The position numbers and the translations under genes are program-made. A DNA stretch of 64,000 nt, taken from contig CAYQOY010000002.1 of assembly GCA_964419275.1 (NCBI GenBank), forward strand, positions 6,568-70,567. The letters are read 5' to 3'. The DNA is from Candidatus Woesearchaeota archaeon (lineage in GTDB: Archaea > Nanobdellota > Nanobdellia > Pacearchaeales > GW2011-AR1). The notes below the pieces were generated by a model. The model was not told the origin of the DNA, ran no database searches, and worked only from the letters and a program-made list of their open reading frames with translations. Numbering within the stretch: the stretch's first letter is position 1; the number at the start of each line of letters is the position of its first letter. This document shows, piece by piece, positions 34,935-45,293 of this stretch.

Positions 34935-35945
34935 ATGAAAAAATCCGGAAAATCTAGTATGAAGAAAAGCGAACAAACTTCACGAGAGAGCATTCTAAAA
35001 AAATCTGTTGAGATTGATGGAATTTCCATTCAAGGGTATGATTTCAACAAAGGAATTGATTATGAAAAAATAATGGACAAATACCTATCTGTGGGTTTTC
35101 AAGCAAGCCATTTCAGCAAATCTCTTCAGATTATCCAAAGAATGATTGACGAAAAAGTTACAATTTATTTAGGTTGCAGCTCAAATTTGATTACTTCTGG
35201 ACTTAGAGATATAATCAAATATCTTGCAGAGCACAAGAAAATTGACGTTTTTGTGACAACTGCGGGAGGAATTGAAGAAGATATAATCAAATGTTTTGGA
35301 GATTTTAAATTAGGAACCTTTTCTGCTTCAGGAGAATTACTTAGAAAAAAAGGAATAAACAGAACAGGGAATATTTTTGTTCCAAACTCAAGATATGTCA
35401 AATTTGAACAATTTATGGTTCCAATTCTTGAAGAAATTTACGCAGAGCAAAAGAAAACTGGCAAAATCTTGGCAGTATCTGAATTTATTAAAATATTAGG
35501 TAAAAAGATAAACAATCCTGAAAGCGTGCTTTATTGGTGTTACAAAAATGATGTCAGAGTTTATTGCCCTGCTATAACTGATGGAAGCATAGGAGACATG
35601 ATCCACTTCTTTTTGTACAGTCACCCTGACTTTAAGTTAGATATTGCTTATGATATTCATGACTTAAACGAATATACTGTGACAAGAGACAAGACTGGCA
35701 TAATTCTTCTGGGAGGCGGAGTTATGAAGCATCACATCTTAAACGCGAATTTGATGAGAAACGGGGCAGATTATGGGGTTTATGTAAACACAGGTGAAGA
35801 ATGGGATGGTGCAGATTCTAATGCCAGGCCTGATGAAGGGGTTTCTTGGGGCAAAATCGCTGGAAGAGGCGAGTCAATTAAGGTTTTTGGGGATGCGACA
35901 ATCTTATTCCCTTTAATGGTAGCAAAAACCTTTGCAAAAAGCTAA
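34935..35945 (+). CDS. dys: deoxyhypusine synthase
   Basis: TTAGGIEED, GGGVMKHHI and ARPDEGVSWGKI motifs. The track start at 34914 is a TTG; the first ATG is 34935. Confidence 0.88.
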   Translation: MKKSGKSSMKKSEQTSRESILKKSVEIDGISIQGYDFNKGIDYEKIMDKYLSVGFQASHFSKSLQIIQRMIDEKVTIYLGCSSNLITSGLRDIIKYLAEHKKIDVFVTTAGGIEEDIIKCFGDFKLGTFSASGELLRKKGINRTGNIFVPNSRYVKFEQFMVPILEEIYAEQKKTGKILAVSEFIKILGKKINNPESVLYWCYKNDVRVYCPAITDGSIGDMIHFFLYSHPDFKLDIAYDIHDLNEYTVTRDKTGIILLGGGVMKHHILNANLMRNGADYGVYVNTGEEWDGADSNARPDEGVSWGKIAGRGESIKVFGDATILFPLMVAKTFAKS

Positions 35946-36009
35946 AACCGCATAAAAATTTATATAGTTCTACAAAATTCTAAGGATATCTTAAAGTAGC
36001 GTGGGGAAA

Positions 36010-37077
36010 ATGGAAACATCGACGAAAAAGAACAATAAAAATAAGATTACCGAGGATGATCTTATTGAAGCATTAAAAAAGATTGCACCAGGTACCTCTA
36101 TTAGAACTGCTCTTGACGATATTATGAGAGCAGAAATGGGGGCATTAGTTCTTGTTAGCAAAGAAGGAGTGGAATCTGTTAGTGAGGGAGGATTTCGATT
36201 AAACTGTAAATTTAGTCCTCAAAAGCTTGTTGAACTTGCAAAGATGGATGGGGCAATAATCCTTTCAGACGATTTCAAAAAAATAATTTCTGCAAATACT
36301 CTTCTTACTCCGAGCATGAGATATTCTTCAAAAGAAACAGGAACAAGACACAAAGCGGCAGAGCGAACAGCAAAACAACTCAAAACTGTGACTATTGCGG
36401 TTTCAGAAAGAAAAAGAAAGATTACTGTTTATTATGGAGATCAAAGATATGAACTGGAGAAAACATCTGAAGTTTTAAGAAGAGCAACTGAAACGCTTCA
36501 AATCTTAGAAAAACAAAAAGAAAGATTTGATGATTTGATGATTAGCCTTAATTTATTGGAAATGAATAATGCAACACGAATGAGTGATGTTTGCAATGTT
36601 CTTCAAAGAATTGAAATAATTAAGAAGATCTCTGAGATGATTAAAAGAGATTTAATCGAATTGGGAAAAGATGGAATTATTGTTAGTATGAGGGTTAAAG
36701 AATTGACAAAGAATATTCTAAATGACAGAGAATTAATTTTAAGAGATTATTTTCCTAAGACTTCTGAGCAAACTGGATTGATTTTAGAAAAGATGAACTT
36801 TGATTTCTTAATTGAAACATCTAACATCACGAGGCTTATTTTTGAAGAAACAAATGATCAACCAATCGCTTCTGAAGGAAAGAGAATTTTAATGAAAACT
36901 CACCTTCTTGAGAAAGAGAGAGATTTGATGATGTCTTACTTTGGGACATTAGACAGATTGTTTAATACGAATAAAGAAGAATTGTTGAAAATTTTCAAGA
37001 ATGAAAACTTTGTAGACTCCTTGCTTAACGAACTTAATACCCTAAGAGAAAAAATATTAACTGGAAAATTAATTTAA
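36010..37077 (+). CDS. disA: DisA-type diadenylate cyclase (DNA integrity scanning protein-like)
   Basis: DAC-domain motifs GALVLV, DGAIILSDD and ETGTRHKAAERTA are followed by a helical linker and a degenerate HhH-like C-terminus. The track start at 36001 is a GTG. Confidence 0.8.
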   Translation: METSTKKNNKNKITEDDLIEALKKIAPGTSIRTALDDIMRAEMGALVLVSKEGVESVSEGGFRLNCKFSPQKLVELAKMDGAIILSDDFKKIISANTLLTPSMRYSSKETGTRHKAAERTAKQLKTVTIAVSERKRKITVYYGDQRYELEKTSEVLRRATETLQILEKQKERFDDLMISLNLLEMNNATRMSDVCNVLQRIEIIKKISEMIKRDLIELGKDGIIVSMRVKELTKNILNDRELILRDYFPKTSEQTGLILEKMNFDFLIETSNITRLIFEETNDQPIASEGKRILMKTHLLEKERDLMMSYFGTLDRLFNTNKEELLKIFKNENFVDSLLNELNTLREKILTGKLI

Positions 37078-37091
37078 ACTGATTGTAAATT

Positions 37092-38141
37092 ATGCTAACT
37101 AAAAAACAAATTGAAGAAATAAGAGAACATTTAGACAAAGCTCAAAATCCTTTGTTCTTTTTTGACAATGATCCAGATGGATTATGCAGCTTTTTGCTTC
37201 TGCAGAAATACAAACAAAGGGGGAAAGGCGTCCCGATTCGTTCTTTTCCTGGTTTAAATGAGATTTACTTTAGAAAGATCTCCGAGTTAAGCCCAGACTA
37301 TGTTTTTATTTTAGACAAGCCAAATGTTTCCAAAGAATTTTTTGAGCGCGCGAGAGAAATTAATATACCTATTGTGTGGATAGACCATCATAAAATAAAT
37401 CGGGAAGAAATTCCTGAGTGGGTTTATTATTATAATCCGATATTCAATAAAACTTCAACAAGCGAGCCGGTGACTAGTTTATGTTATCAAATAAATCCAG
37501 ATGAAAAGTCTGACTGGATTGCCATTGCGGGATGCATTGCGGATAAATTCTTTCCAAAAGTGTATTCTAAATTCAAAAAGAAATACCCTGAATTGTCTGT
37601 TAATTCCGAAGACGCCTTTGAGATATTTTATCATTCCCAGATAGGCAAGATTTCTAGAATTTTCAGCTTTGGACTGAAAGACAGCACAACTAATGTTGTG
37701 AGCATGCTAAAATTTTTGATTAAATCAGAAGGGCCTTATGATGTTTTGGAAGAAAATTCTCATAATCATTTAATGCATAAAAGATTCAATGAAATTGATT
37801 CCAAGCATAAAAAATTATTGAAAAAAGCAATGGAGCTTGTCGAAAAAGATGAAAAATTAATTTTCTTTCAATATGGCGGAGATTTAAGTATAAGCTCTGA
37901 TATTTCCAATGAGTTAAGTTTTCTTTACCCTAAGAAATTCATCATTGTTGCTTATATTATCGGTGCTCATGCAAATATTTCCGGCAGGGGAAAAAACATT
38001 CGTGAAAAGGTTCTTGAATCAATAAAAGATTTCCAAGATGCGACAGGCGGAGGCCACGAAGATGCTATTGGCGCGCGAGTTAGAGTTGAAGATTTGGAAT
38101 TATTCAGAAAAAGAATTCAAGATTTAATTGAGAAAAAATAA
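37092..38141 (+). CDS. DHH/DHHA1 family phosphoesterase
   Basis: Motifs DNDPDG, WIDHH and GGGHEDAIG (DHHA1). 349 aa. It starts 14 nt after disA ends. Confidence 0.75.
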   Translation: MLTKKQIEEIREHLDKAQNPLFFFDNDPDGLCSFLLLQKYKQRGKGVPIRSFPGLNEIYFRKISELSPDYVFILDKPNVSKEFFERAREINIPIVWIDHHKINREEIPEWVYYYNPIFNKTSTSEPVTSLCYQINPDEKSDWIAIAGCIADKFFPKVYSKFKKKYPELSVNSEDAFEIFYHSQIGKISRIFSFGLKDSTTNVVSMLKFLIKSEGPYDVLEENSHNHLMHKRFNEIDSKHKKLLKKAMELVEKDEKLIFFQYGGDLSISSDISNELSFLYPKKFIIVAYIIGAHANISGRGKNIREKVLESIKDFQDATGGGHEDAIGARVRVEDLELFRKRIQDLIEKK

Positions 38142-38165
38142 CTGAATAGAAAATAAGTTTTTTAT

Positions 38166-39626
38166 TTAATAGCTTCTTCCAATGTAAACAACTTTTGTTG
38201 CAGGTTTTCCGCAGATAACACAATTTCCTTTTGGTTTTTCATTTTTGTTTGCAAGTGTTCCCCTAACATCTCCCGAAAATTCTTTTTCAACAATTTCGGC
38301 GCAAGGAACTCCTGCCTTGTCTGTAGAGCAGAAATTTACTCTTGCCATTTTCCCTGCAGCAAGAGCTTCTTTTATTTCTTTTTTAGTGGAACAGTCAGCA
38401 ACTCTTTTTTCCACGAACTTGTCTGCTTTTTCTTTTAATCTTTTATCAAATTCTTGCCCAAGTTTGTTTAATGTTTTCAAATCCTTTAACTTTAATTTTT
38501 CTTTTTTCTTTGTGTCCCGAGTGAATAAAATGACTTCGTTGTTTTTCAAATCTTGTTCTCCAAATTCAATTCTGAATGGAACACCTTTCAACTCCCAAAT
38601 GTGATATTTTTCACCTGGACGCTTGTAGTCTCTGCTGTCAATTTCGGATTTAATGTTTTGTTCTTGCAATGTCTCTAAGATTTCTTTGGATTTCTTTAAG
38701 ATTTTTTCTTTATTTTCTGTATTGAAGATAGGCACAATAATTACTTGTATTGGAGAAATTGCATAAGGTAATATCATCCCAGAATCATCTCCGTGCGTTG
38801 CAATAACCGAAGCCAAGATTCTTGAAACAGCAGGACCATAAGCAGTTGTCCACAAGTGTTCTTCTTTTTCTTGTTTGTTTTTGAATGTTGCATCAAATGC
38901 TTTTGAAAATTTTTGCCCCATTAAATGAGTGGAAGGCTGTTGGATTAATTTTCCATCTGGCATAAAGCAATCAGAACCTACGGTGTATTCTGCTCCAGCA
39001 AATTTATCCCACTCAGGACGTTTCATTGGAAAAAAAGGAACACCATAAATCTGGTGCATGACTTTTTCAGTTACTTGAATATCTTCTTGAACTTGAGCTT
39101 CTGCTTGTTCTTTGGTTTCAAACGCATCATGACACTCAATCCAAATAAATTCTCTTCCTCTGATTAATGGACGAGTGGATTTAGTATCTAATCTGAAAAC
39201 AGAGCCTCTTTGATATAATTTCAAAGGCAAATCTCTATGACTTCTTATCCAAAGCTTAAACATTGGAGTGTAAAGTGTTTCTGAAGTTGGACGAAGCGCG
39301 AGTTCTTTATTGTCTCCGGTATTTTTAATCCAGAAAACTTCAGGAGTGAATCCTTGCACATGTTCAGATTCTTTCATCAAATTTTCTTTTGGAATAACAC
39401 AAGGCATAAATGTTGGGCGATGTCCGTTCTTTTGCAATTCTTTTTCAAGGTGTTCAAACATGTTTTCCATTGTCATTGCAGCCCAAGGGCGAATAACAGT
39501 AAATCCTTTAACATCTAATCTTAAATCAACTAGTTCAGCTTTTTCAATTACCTGAGAATACCACTCTGAGAAATTTTCAGTTTTCTTTACGTTTAAACCT
39601 TCTTGATTTTGTTTTGCCATAGACAA
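38166..39626 (-). CDS. proS: prolyl-tRNA synthetase (archaeal/eukaryotic type)
   Basis: Class II motifs (LRPTSET, FRLDTKSTRPLIRGREF), a C-terminal zinc-binding domain, and a terminal Tyr (GRSY). Confidence 0.9.
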   Translation of the reverse strand: MSMAKQNQEGLNVKKTENFSEWYSQVIEKAELVDLRLDVKGFTVIRPWAAMTMENMFEHLEKELQKNGHRPTFMPCVIPKENLMKESEHVQGFTPEVFWIKNTGDNKELALRPTSETLYTPMFKLWIRSHRDLPLKLYQRGSVFRLDTKSTRPLIRGREFIWIECHDAFETKEQAEAQVQEDIQVTEKVMHQIYGVPFFPMKRPEWDKFAGAEYTVGSDCFMPDGKLIQQPSTHLMGQKFSKAFDATFKNKQEKEEHLWTTAYGPAVSRILASVIATHGDDSGMILPYAISPIQVIIVPIFNTENKEKILKKSKEILETLQEQNIKSEIDSRDYKRPGEKYHIWELKGVPFRIEFGEQDLKNNEVILFTRDTKKKEKLKLKDLKTLNKLGQEFDKRLKEKADKFVEKRVADCSTKKEIKEALAAGKMARVNFCSTDKAGVPCAEIVEKEFSGDVRGTLANKNEKPKGNCVICGKPATKVVYIGRSY

Positions 39627-39715
39627 CCTTGAATATTTTATATTCTCAAGTAAAACATTAACATATAAAAAGCTAATTGTTATTTTGATTTTAGCTTGTT
39701 CAGGCAGGCTTTGAT

Positions 39716-39787
39716 AGGCCTGTAAGTCAATGGATAGACTCCTCGGCTTCGGACCGAGTAATGGGGGTTCGAATCCCTCCAGGCCTG
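39716..39787 (+). tRNA. tRNA-Arg (anticodon UCG)
   Basis: Hand-folded: acceptor AGGCCTG/CAGGCCT, anticodon loop CTTCGGA, T-loop TTCGAAT. 72 nt. Confidence 0.88.
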
Positions 39788-39836
39788 TGTTTAGAAGTGC
39801 AAAGGGGAAAAGAGTGAAAAAAGAGGGACATATTTA

Positions 39837-40994
39837 ATGCTAAATAAAAATACAAAAAAACTTCTTGTTGCCGCATTCACTTTAACGGGAACAATAATTG
39901 GAGCAGGAATTTTAGGATTACCTTATGTTTTCGCTAAGTCTGGTTTTTTAGCAGGTTTGTTTTGGCTGTTTTTTCTTTTTGGAGTTATTCTTTATATCAG
40001 TTTATCAATTGGGGAAATTGCTTTGCGAACTCGCGAAAAAAAGATGCTTTCTGGATATGCTGAAAAGTATCTTGGCAAACCTGCTAAAACAATAACCTCA
40101 TTTGCAGTTATTTTTGGAATTTATTCAGCGCTTCTCGCTTACTTAATTGCAGAAGGACAAAGCCTTTCAAATTTATTTTTTGGAAATTCAAATTACGCAG
40201 TTTATTTCGGGCTTGCTTTTTGGATAATTTTAACAGCTCTTGTTTATCAAGGATTAAATAAACTGAAGCATGTCGCTTCTTTTGGTGTGTCAGGAGTCAT
40301 AGCATTGATTTTGTTTTTATTTGTTTTCCTTTCCCCTAAAATAAACTGGCAAAATATTCAACTTACAAATGTTTCAGGAATTTCCCCAGCAAATTTCTTT
40401 TTTCCATTTGGGGTTATTCTTTTTGCGTTGCTAGGATTCATTTCAATTCCAGAATTAGAAAGGGAGTTAAAAAATGAAAAAAAACTTTTGAAAAAAGCAA
40501 TTTTAATCGGAACAGCTATTCCTGTTATTTTGTATTTGTTTTTCATTATCACTTTTGTAGGAGTTTCTGGAACTAATGTAAATGAAATAGCAACCCTTTC
40601 TCTCGGAGGATTTATTGGAAAGATATTGATTCTTCTCGGGGTTTTCACAATGACCACAAGTTATTTTGTTTTGAGTTTTGTTTTAAAAGATACATTCTTA
40701 TTTGATTTGAAAATTAAAAAAGGGCTTTTTGTTTTGGTTTCGCTTGTTCCTTTGGCAGTTTACTTACTTGTTAGCTTTTTTAATTTAGCAGGATTTGTTA
40801 AGGTTATTAGCCTTGGAGGTTCTATTTCCGGGGGAATAACTGCGATTATGGTTCTAATAATAAATAAGATTGCTAAGAAAAAAGGAAATGAAAAACCCGC
40901 ATATTCAATTTTCTCTAATTGGGCTTTAATTGTTTTGTTAAGTTTTATTTTTATTTTTGGAATAGTTCTAGAGACTCTTTATTTTTTGAAATGA
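39837..40994 (+). CDS. amino acid transporter (Aa_trans/aromatic amino acid permease-like)
   Basis: 385 aa with about 11 TM helices. The N-terminal TGTIIGAGILGLPYVFAKSGF motif is typical of this permease family. Confidence 0.7.
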   Translation: MLNKNTKKLLVAAFTLTGTIIGAGILGLPYVFAKSGFLAGLFWLFFLFGVILYISLSIGEIALRTREKKMLSGYAEKYLGKPAKTITSFAVIFGIYSALLAYLIAEGQSLSNLFFGNSNYAVYFGLAFWIILTALVYQGLNKLKHVASFGVSGVIALILFLFVFLSPKINWQNIQLTNVSGISPANFFFPFGVILFALLGFISIPELERELKNEKKLLKKAILIGTAIPVILYLFFIITFVGVSGTNVNEIATLSLGGFIGKILILLGVFTMTTSYFVLSFVLKDTFLFDLKIKKGLFVLVSLVPLAVYLLVSFFNLAGFVKVISLGGSISGGITAIMVLIINKIAKKKGNEKPAYSIFSNWALIVLLSFIFIFGIVLETLYFLK

Positions 40995-41075
40995 ATCCAG
41001 GAGTAAAACAAGTATAACTTCAAACAGATTTGAAGTTATCATGAGATTTATAAATAAGTTATTTATTGGTATTGT

Positions 41076-41738
41076 ATGGCAAAAAAATACATATTATTTT
41101 CATTAGATGAAGATAAAACAGGGAAGCTAGCAAGCATTTTAGGAAATAAAACCTGTAAGAGTATTTTAAATGTGCTAGCAGAACAAGAGCTTAGTGAAAC
41201 AGACATTTCCAAGAAATTGAGAATTCCATTGAATACAGTGGGTTATAGCGTTAAAAAATTAAAAAGTGTTGGATTAATTGAAGAAAAAACACATTATTTT
41301 AGTTTAAGAGGAAAAAGAATTCCAATCTATCGAGTTTCTAATAAAGAAATATTAATCTCTCCAAAGAAATCTTTTGTAAGCCAGTTAAAATCTCAATTAT
41401 CTTTAATTGGAATTTCTGCAATTTTTACAGGATTTATTTTATGGTCCAAGCAACAAGCGATTAAAGCAACAACTCAATCTGCAGAAGCTTTTTCAAATGC
41501 AATGGACAACGCAGAACCTATGCTTCTTAAAATGGGGGGAGAAGCAAGCGACACATTAAGAGCAGTTGCTCCAGAAACCACTGAAATTTTAACAAGAACA
41601 ACACAATCCTCATTTTCATTTGGAATAACAGAATGGTTTTTGATGGGGATTTGGGCAATGATTGTTTTAGCTTTAGTCATTACAAATATTACTTCTTCAT
41701 TTCATTCAACTAAATCAAAACGAATTGAAAGGAGGTAA
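41076..41738 (+). CDS. membrane-tethered ArsR-like winged-helix regulator
   Basis: N-terminal wHTH (ILNVLAEQELSETDISKKLRIPLNTVGYSVKKLKSVGLIEE), followed by two hydrophobic helices. Confidence 0.6.
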   Translation: MAKKYILFSLDEDKTGKLASILGNKTCKSILNVLAEQELSETDISKKLRIPLNTVGYSVKKLKSVGLIEEKTHYFSLRGKRIPIYRVSNKEILISPKKSFVSQLKSQLSLIGISAIFTGFILWSKQQAIKATTQSAEAFSNAMDNAEPMLLKMGGEASDTLRAVAPETTEILTRTTQSSFSFGITEWFLMGIWAMIVLALVITNITSSFHSTKSKRIERR

Positions 41739-41747
41739 ACAAATTAT

Positions 41748-42509
41748 ATGGCTAAAACACAAATGAGTGACTCAGTTAGAATCACTAGCATGATTCTTGG
41801 AGTTATCTTGGTAGTTGCTGCAGTTGGATTAGCGATTTACTTTAGAGCAAATCCAGGTTTAACAGCTTCTGTTCAAGGAAGTTCAACAGTTAAGGTTATG
41901 CCCGATATTGTAGGAACTTACTTTGTTATTGAAACAAAAGCAGATACTGCTGCACAAGCAAGTAGCTTAAACAATGAAGCTAAACAGAAAATGGTTGACG
42001 CACTTGAAGACATTCCAGGATTAGGTTTTGAGAAAAAAGACTTAACAACTGTAAGTTCAAGTGTTGGTGAATCCTGTACTTGGACAAAAGATGGCGAGAA
42101 ATGCGAAGGTTATGTTGCTTACCACTATCTTAGATTAGAACTTGAAGGAGATAACATGGATTTTGCTGGAGCAGTTATCGATGCAGGAGTTAATGCAGGA
42201 GCAAACTTGCAATACATTAACTTTGAGTTAAGTTCTGAAACAAAAAATGAGTATCAGGCAAAAGCATTGGAAGCTGCAACAAAAGATGCAAAATCTAAGG
42301 CAGAAGGAATAGCTTCGGGTTTAGGTAAAAGAGTTGGCAGAGTTGTTTCTTTAGCAACAGATGCTAACGGAGGATTTTACCCTTACTGGAGAGCTTATGA
42401 TGCAGTAGCAACTTCTTCAATTGCACAAGTGAAAGAAGAAGCAACAAACATTCAACCAGGAGAACAAGAAGTTTATGGTAGTGTGAGTGTTGTTTACGCT
42501 CTAATCTAA
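41748..42509 (+). CDS. SIMPL/DUF541 domain protein, membrane anchored
   Basis: N-terminal TM helix, then a SIMPL-like pattern (YVAYHYLRLEL ... ALEAATKDAKSKAEGIASGLG ... IQPGEQEV). Confidence 0.7.
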   Translation: MAKTQMSDSVRITSMILGVILVVAAVGLAIYFRANPGLTASVQGSSTVKVMPDIVGTYFVIETKADTAAQASSLNNEAKQKMVDALEDIPGLGFEKKDLTTVSSSVGESCTWTKDGEKCEGYVAYHYLRLELEGDNMDFAGAVIDAGVNAGANLQYINFELSSETKNEYQAKALEAATKDAKSKAEGIASGLGKRVGRVVSLATDANGGFYPYWRAYDAVATSSIAQVKEEATNIQPGEQEVYGSVSVVYALI

Positions 42510-42511
42510 CT

Positions 42512-43870
42512 TTAATTAATTTTTTTTGTTATTATTTTTCTTATTATTTTTATGTCTGCTCTTCCTCTGGATTCTTTCATAATTTGTCCAATGAGGAAGT
42601 TCAAAGCAGATTCTTCTCCTGCGAGATAATCTGCAACTGCTTTTTTGTTTTCTTTTAATATTTTTTCAGTAATATTTTCAATTTCTTTTTCATCTGTGAT
42701 TTTTTCATTGCCTTTGAATTTAGATGAAGGGGAGAAGGATTTAGGAAAAAAGTCATTGAGCATTTTTTTGGCTTGCTGCTCTGTTATCTTTTGTTGCTTT
42801 AATAATTCTAGAAGTTCAATGAAGTGTTCTGGTTTTATTTCCACTTCAGGAGAATCTAAAGAAGATTTGTTGTAATTTAAAACTCTGAGCAATTCAATTG
42901 TAACCCAAGGCACAGCAAATTTCGCATCAATCTTTTTAGCAACTTCTTCAAAGAATTGAGCAATTTCAATTTTCTTAGATAAAACTTCTGCTGCGCTTTT
43001 GTCAATCTTATTTTTGTCAATTAACTTTTTTAGTTTTTCTTGAGGTGTTTCTGGGACAATTTCTTTTATTCTTTTGATTGTTTGCTCTGAAATTTGTATT
43101 GTTGGCAAGTCAGGGTCAGAAATAAATCTGTAATCTCTTTCTGTTTCTTTTTCTCTCATCTTTATTGTCTTTCCTTCTGTTTCATCAAACATTCTAGTTT
43201 CTTTTACTAATGGTTTTTCTTTTTTCTGGCGGATTATTTCATATTCCAATGCAGCTTTGATATTTTTCAAGCTGTTTACATTTTTTATTTCAACTCTTTC
43301 TGCATCTGTGGAGATATTCACATCTGCTTTTATTCCCGCATTATTATCTATTGCTTTGACGTAATCCAAGGTGATGACTAATTGTTTAAGCCAGTCAATA
43401 ACTTGCTGAGGCTCTGTGAAATCTGGCTCTGTAACAATTTCCACTAAAGGTGTTCCAGATTTGTTGTAATCAATTTCCCCTGTTTTTGGATTCCATGCAG
43501 CAGGGTCTTCTTCAAGATGTGCCCCCCTTATTCTAATTCCTAAAAATTTTCCATCTTGTCCAATTGGAACAGAGTTTGAACCGGAAATTGTATTTTGATA
43601 TCCTTTTGGCAAATCAGGCCAGTCATAATGCTTTCTTTGCCAGATTAATTTTTTGTTTATTTTACATCCAAGAATCATTGAAATTTTAATTACATTTTCA
43701 ATTGCTGTTTTGTTTGGAAGCATAGGCTTTGCTCCAGGTTGCCCTGTGCAAATTGGGCAGATACTTGTATTAGGCTTTGCGATTTTTGCTCCATGAAGAG
43801 CCTTACATTTACAGAATAATTTTTCTTTGGTGTTGAGATATCCGTGAATTTCAAGTCCAATCTTAGTCAT
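42512..43870 (-). CDS. gatB: aspartyl/glutamyl-tRNA amidotransferase subunit B
   Basis: IGLEIHGYLNT.EKLFCKC N-terminus and a GatB/YqeY-like C-terminus. 452 aa. Confidence 0.88.
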   Translation of the reverse strand: MTKIGLEIHGYLNTKEKLFCKCKALHGAKIAKPNTSICPICTGQPGAKPMLPNKTAIENVIKISMILGCKINKKLIWQRKHYDWPDLPKGYQNTISGSNSVPIGQDGKFLGIRIRGAHLEEDPAAWNPKTGEIDYNKSGTPLVEIVTEPDFTEPQQVIDWLKQLVITLDYVKAIDNNAGIKADVNISTDAERVEIKNVNSLKNIKAALEYEIIRQKKEKPLVKETRMFDETEGKTIKMREKETERDYRFISDPDLPTIQISEQTIKRIKEIVPETPQEKLKKLIDKNKIDKSAAEVLSKKIEIAQFFEEVAKKIDAKFAVPWVTIELLRVLNYNKSSLDSPEVEIKPEHFIELLELLKQQKITEQQAKKMLNDFFPKSFSPSSKFKGNEKITDEKEIENITEKILKENKKAVADYLAGEESALNFLIGQIMKESRGRADIKIIRKIITKKIN

Positions 43871-43955
43871 GTTTTAGCTAAAAAATTGTAATTTATTAAT
43901 CTATCTTTAGAGATTTGTTGGAAATGTTTTTATACATCTTTTCTTTGAAGTTTAT

Positions 43956-45269
43956 ATGACAAACAATAAGGCAAACAAGGATGAGAAAACTAATTCTCAA
44001 AAAGCTCAACCAGGGGATTTAGTGGAAGTTTCTCTTTTGAAATATTCTTATGAAGGAGTGTTTTTAGGCTCTCCTTCAACAGACAATGACGTTGTTTTAA
44101 TTAAAATGGATTCTGGATATAATATCGGATTAAAGAAAAAGGATATCTTTGAGATTAAAGTTTTAAAAAAAGCAGAACAGAAAAAAGACAATTTTCAGTT
44201 GCAGAAAGATAAGGAAAAGCCAAATATTGGATTAATTATCACCGGAGGAACAATTGCTTCAAGACATGACCCAAAAACAGGGGGAGTTATGCCTGTTAAT
44301 AGTCCTGAAAAATTGTTTAGATTTTATCCTGAGATTTTTGAAAAAGTTAATGTTTTGAAAGTTGAAGTTCCTTTTACAAAAGCTTCTGAAGATATGGATT
44401 CAAAAGATTGGCAGAAAATTGCACGAGTTGCTGAAAAAATGCTTAATGATTCAAATATCAAAGGAATAATCATAACCCATGGAACAGATTTTCTTCACTA
44501 CACTTCTTCAGCGCTAGGATTCTTTTTAAGAAATTTAAACAAACCTGTTGTTTTAACCTATTCTCAAAGAAGTATTGATAGGGCAAGCTCTGACGCTAAT
44601 TTGAATTTGCAATGCGCTGCTTTAGCTGCAATTTCAGATATTGCAGAAGTTATGCTTGTTGGACACGCAACAACAAATGATGATTATTGTTATGCATTAC
44701 CTGGAGCAAAAGTTAGAAAAATGCACACTTCAAAACGAGATACATTCAAGGCAATAAATTCAGAGCCAATCGCAAAAATTTATCCAGATAGAATTGATTT
44801 AATTTCTAGTTATAATCTCCGAAATGAAAAAAAGAAAGTTAAAATAGATGTTAAATTTCAAGAAAAAGTTGCACTAGTAAAAATTTATCCTGGGCAACAG
44901 CCAGATATACTTGATTTTTATTTTAAAAATAAATATAAGGGAATTGTTTTAGAGATGTCTGGAATTGGGCAGGTTCCAACTAGCAAATCGCGAACATCCT
45001 GGCTAACAAAGCTTAAAGAAGTTCAAAAAAGAGGGATGATTGTTTGCGCAACTTCTCAATGTATTTATGGAAGAGTTGATCCTTATGTTTATTCCACTGC
45101 ACGAGATATCTTGGAAACAGGAGTTATTTACTTAGAAGACATGCTTTCTGAAACAGCTTTAGTTAAACTTGGCTGGGTTTTAGCTCATCCAGAATGGACA
45201 AAAAGCAAGGAAAACATTAAGCAAAAAATGCTTGAGAATTTTTCAGGTGAAATCAATAACAGAATTTAA
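43956..45269 (+). CDS. gatD: glutamyl-tRNA(Gln) amidotransferase subunit D
   Basis: Asparaginase-like core (IITGGTIAS, ITHGTD) preceded by the GatD-specific N-terminal domain. 437 aa. Confidence 0.88.
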   Translation: MTNNKANKDEKTNSQKAQPGDLVEVSLLKYSYEGVFLGSPSTDNDVVLIKMDSGYNIGLKKKDIFEIKVLKKAEQKKDNFQLQKDKEKPNIGLIITGGTIASRHDPKTGGVMPVNSPEKLFRFYPEIFEKVNVLKVEVPFTKASEDMDSKDWQKIARVAEKMLNDSNIKGIIITHGTDFLHYTSSALGFFLRNLNKPVVLTYSQRSIDRASSDANLNLQCAALAAISDIAEVMLVGHATTNDDYCYALPGAKVRKMHTSKRDTFKAINSEPIAKIYPDRIDLISSYNLRNEKKKVKIDVKFQEKVALVKIYPGQQPDILDFYFKNKYKGIVLEMSGIGQVPTSKSRTSWLTKLKEVQKRGMIVCATSQCIYGRVDPYVYSTARDILETGVIYLEDMLSETALVKLGWVLAHPEWTKSKENIKQKMLENFSGEINNRI

Positions 45270-45293
45270 ATAATCTTTTCAATTGAGTATTAA

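Noticed and set aside
38245-38604. 119-aa plus-strand ORF. Similar ORFs occur at 39310-39555 and at 20613-20873, 21158-21552, 25240-25549.
   Set aside because: They lie antisense within proS, glyS or leuS and have low-complexity translations. They are shadow ORFs.
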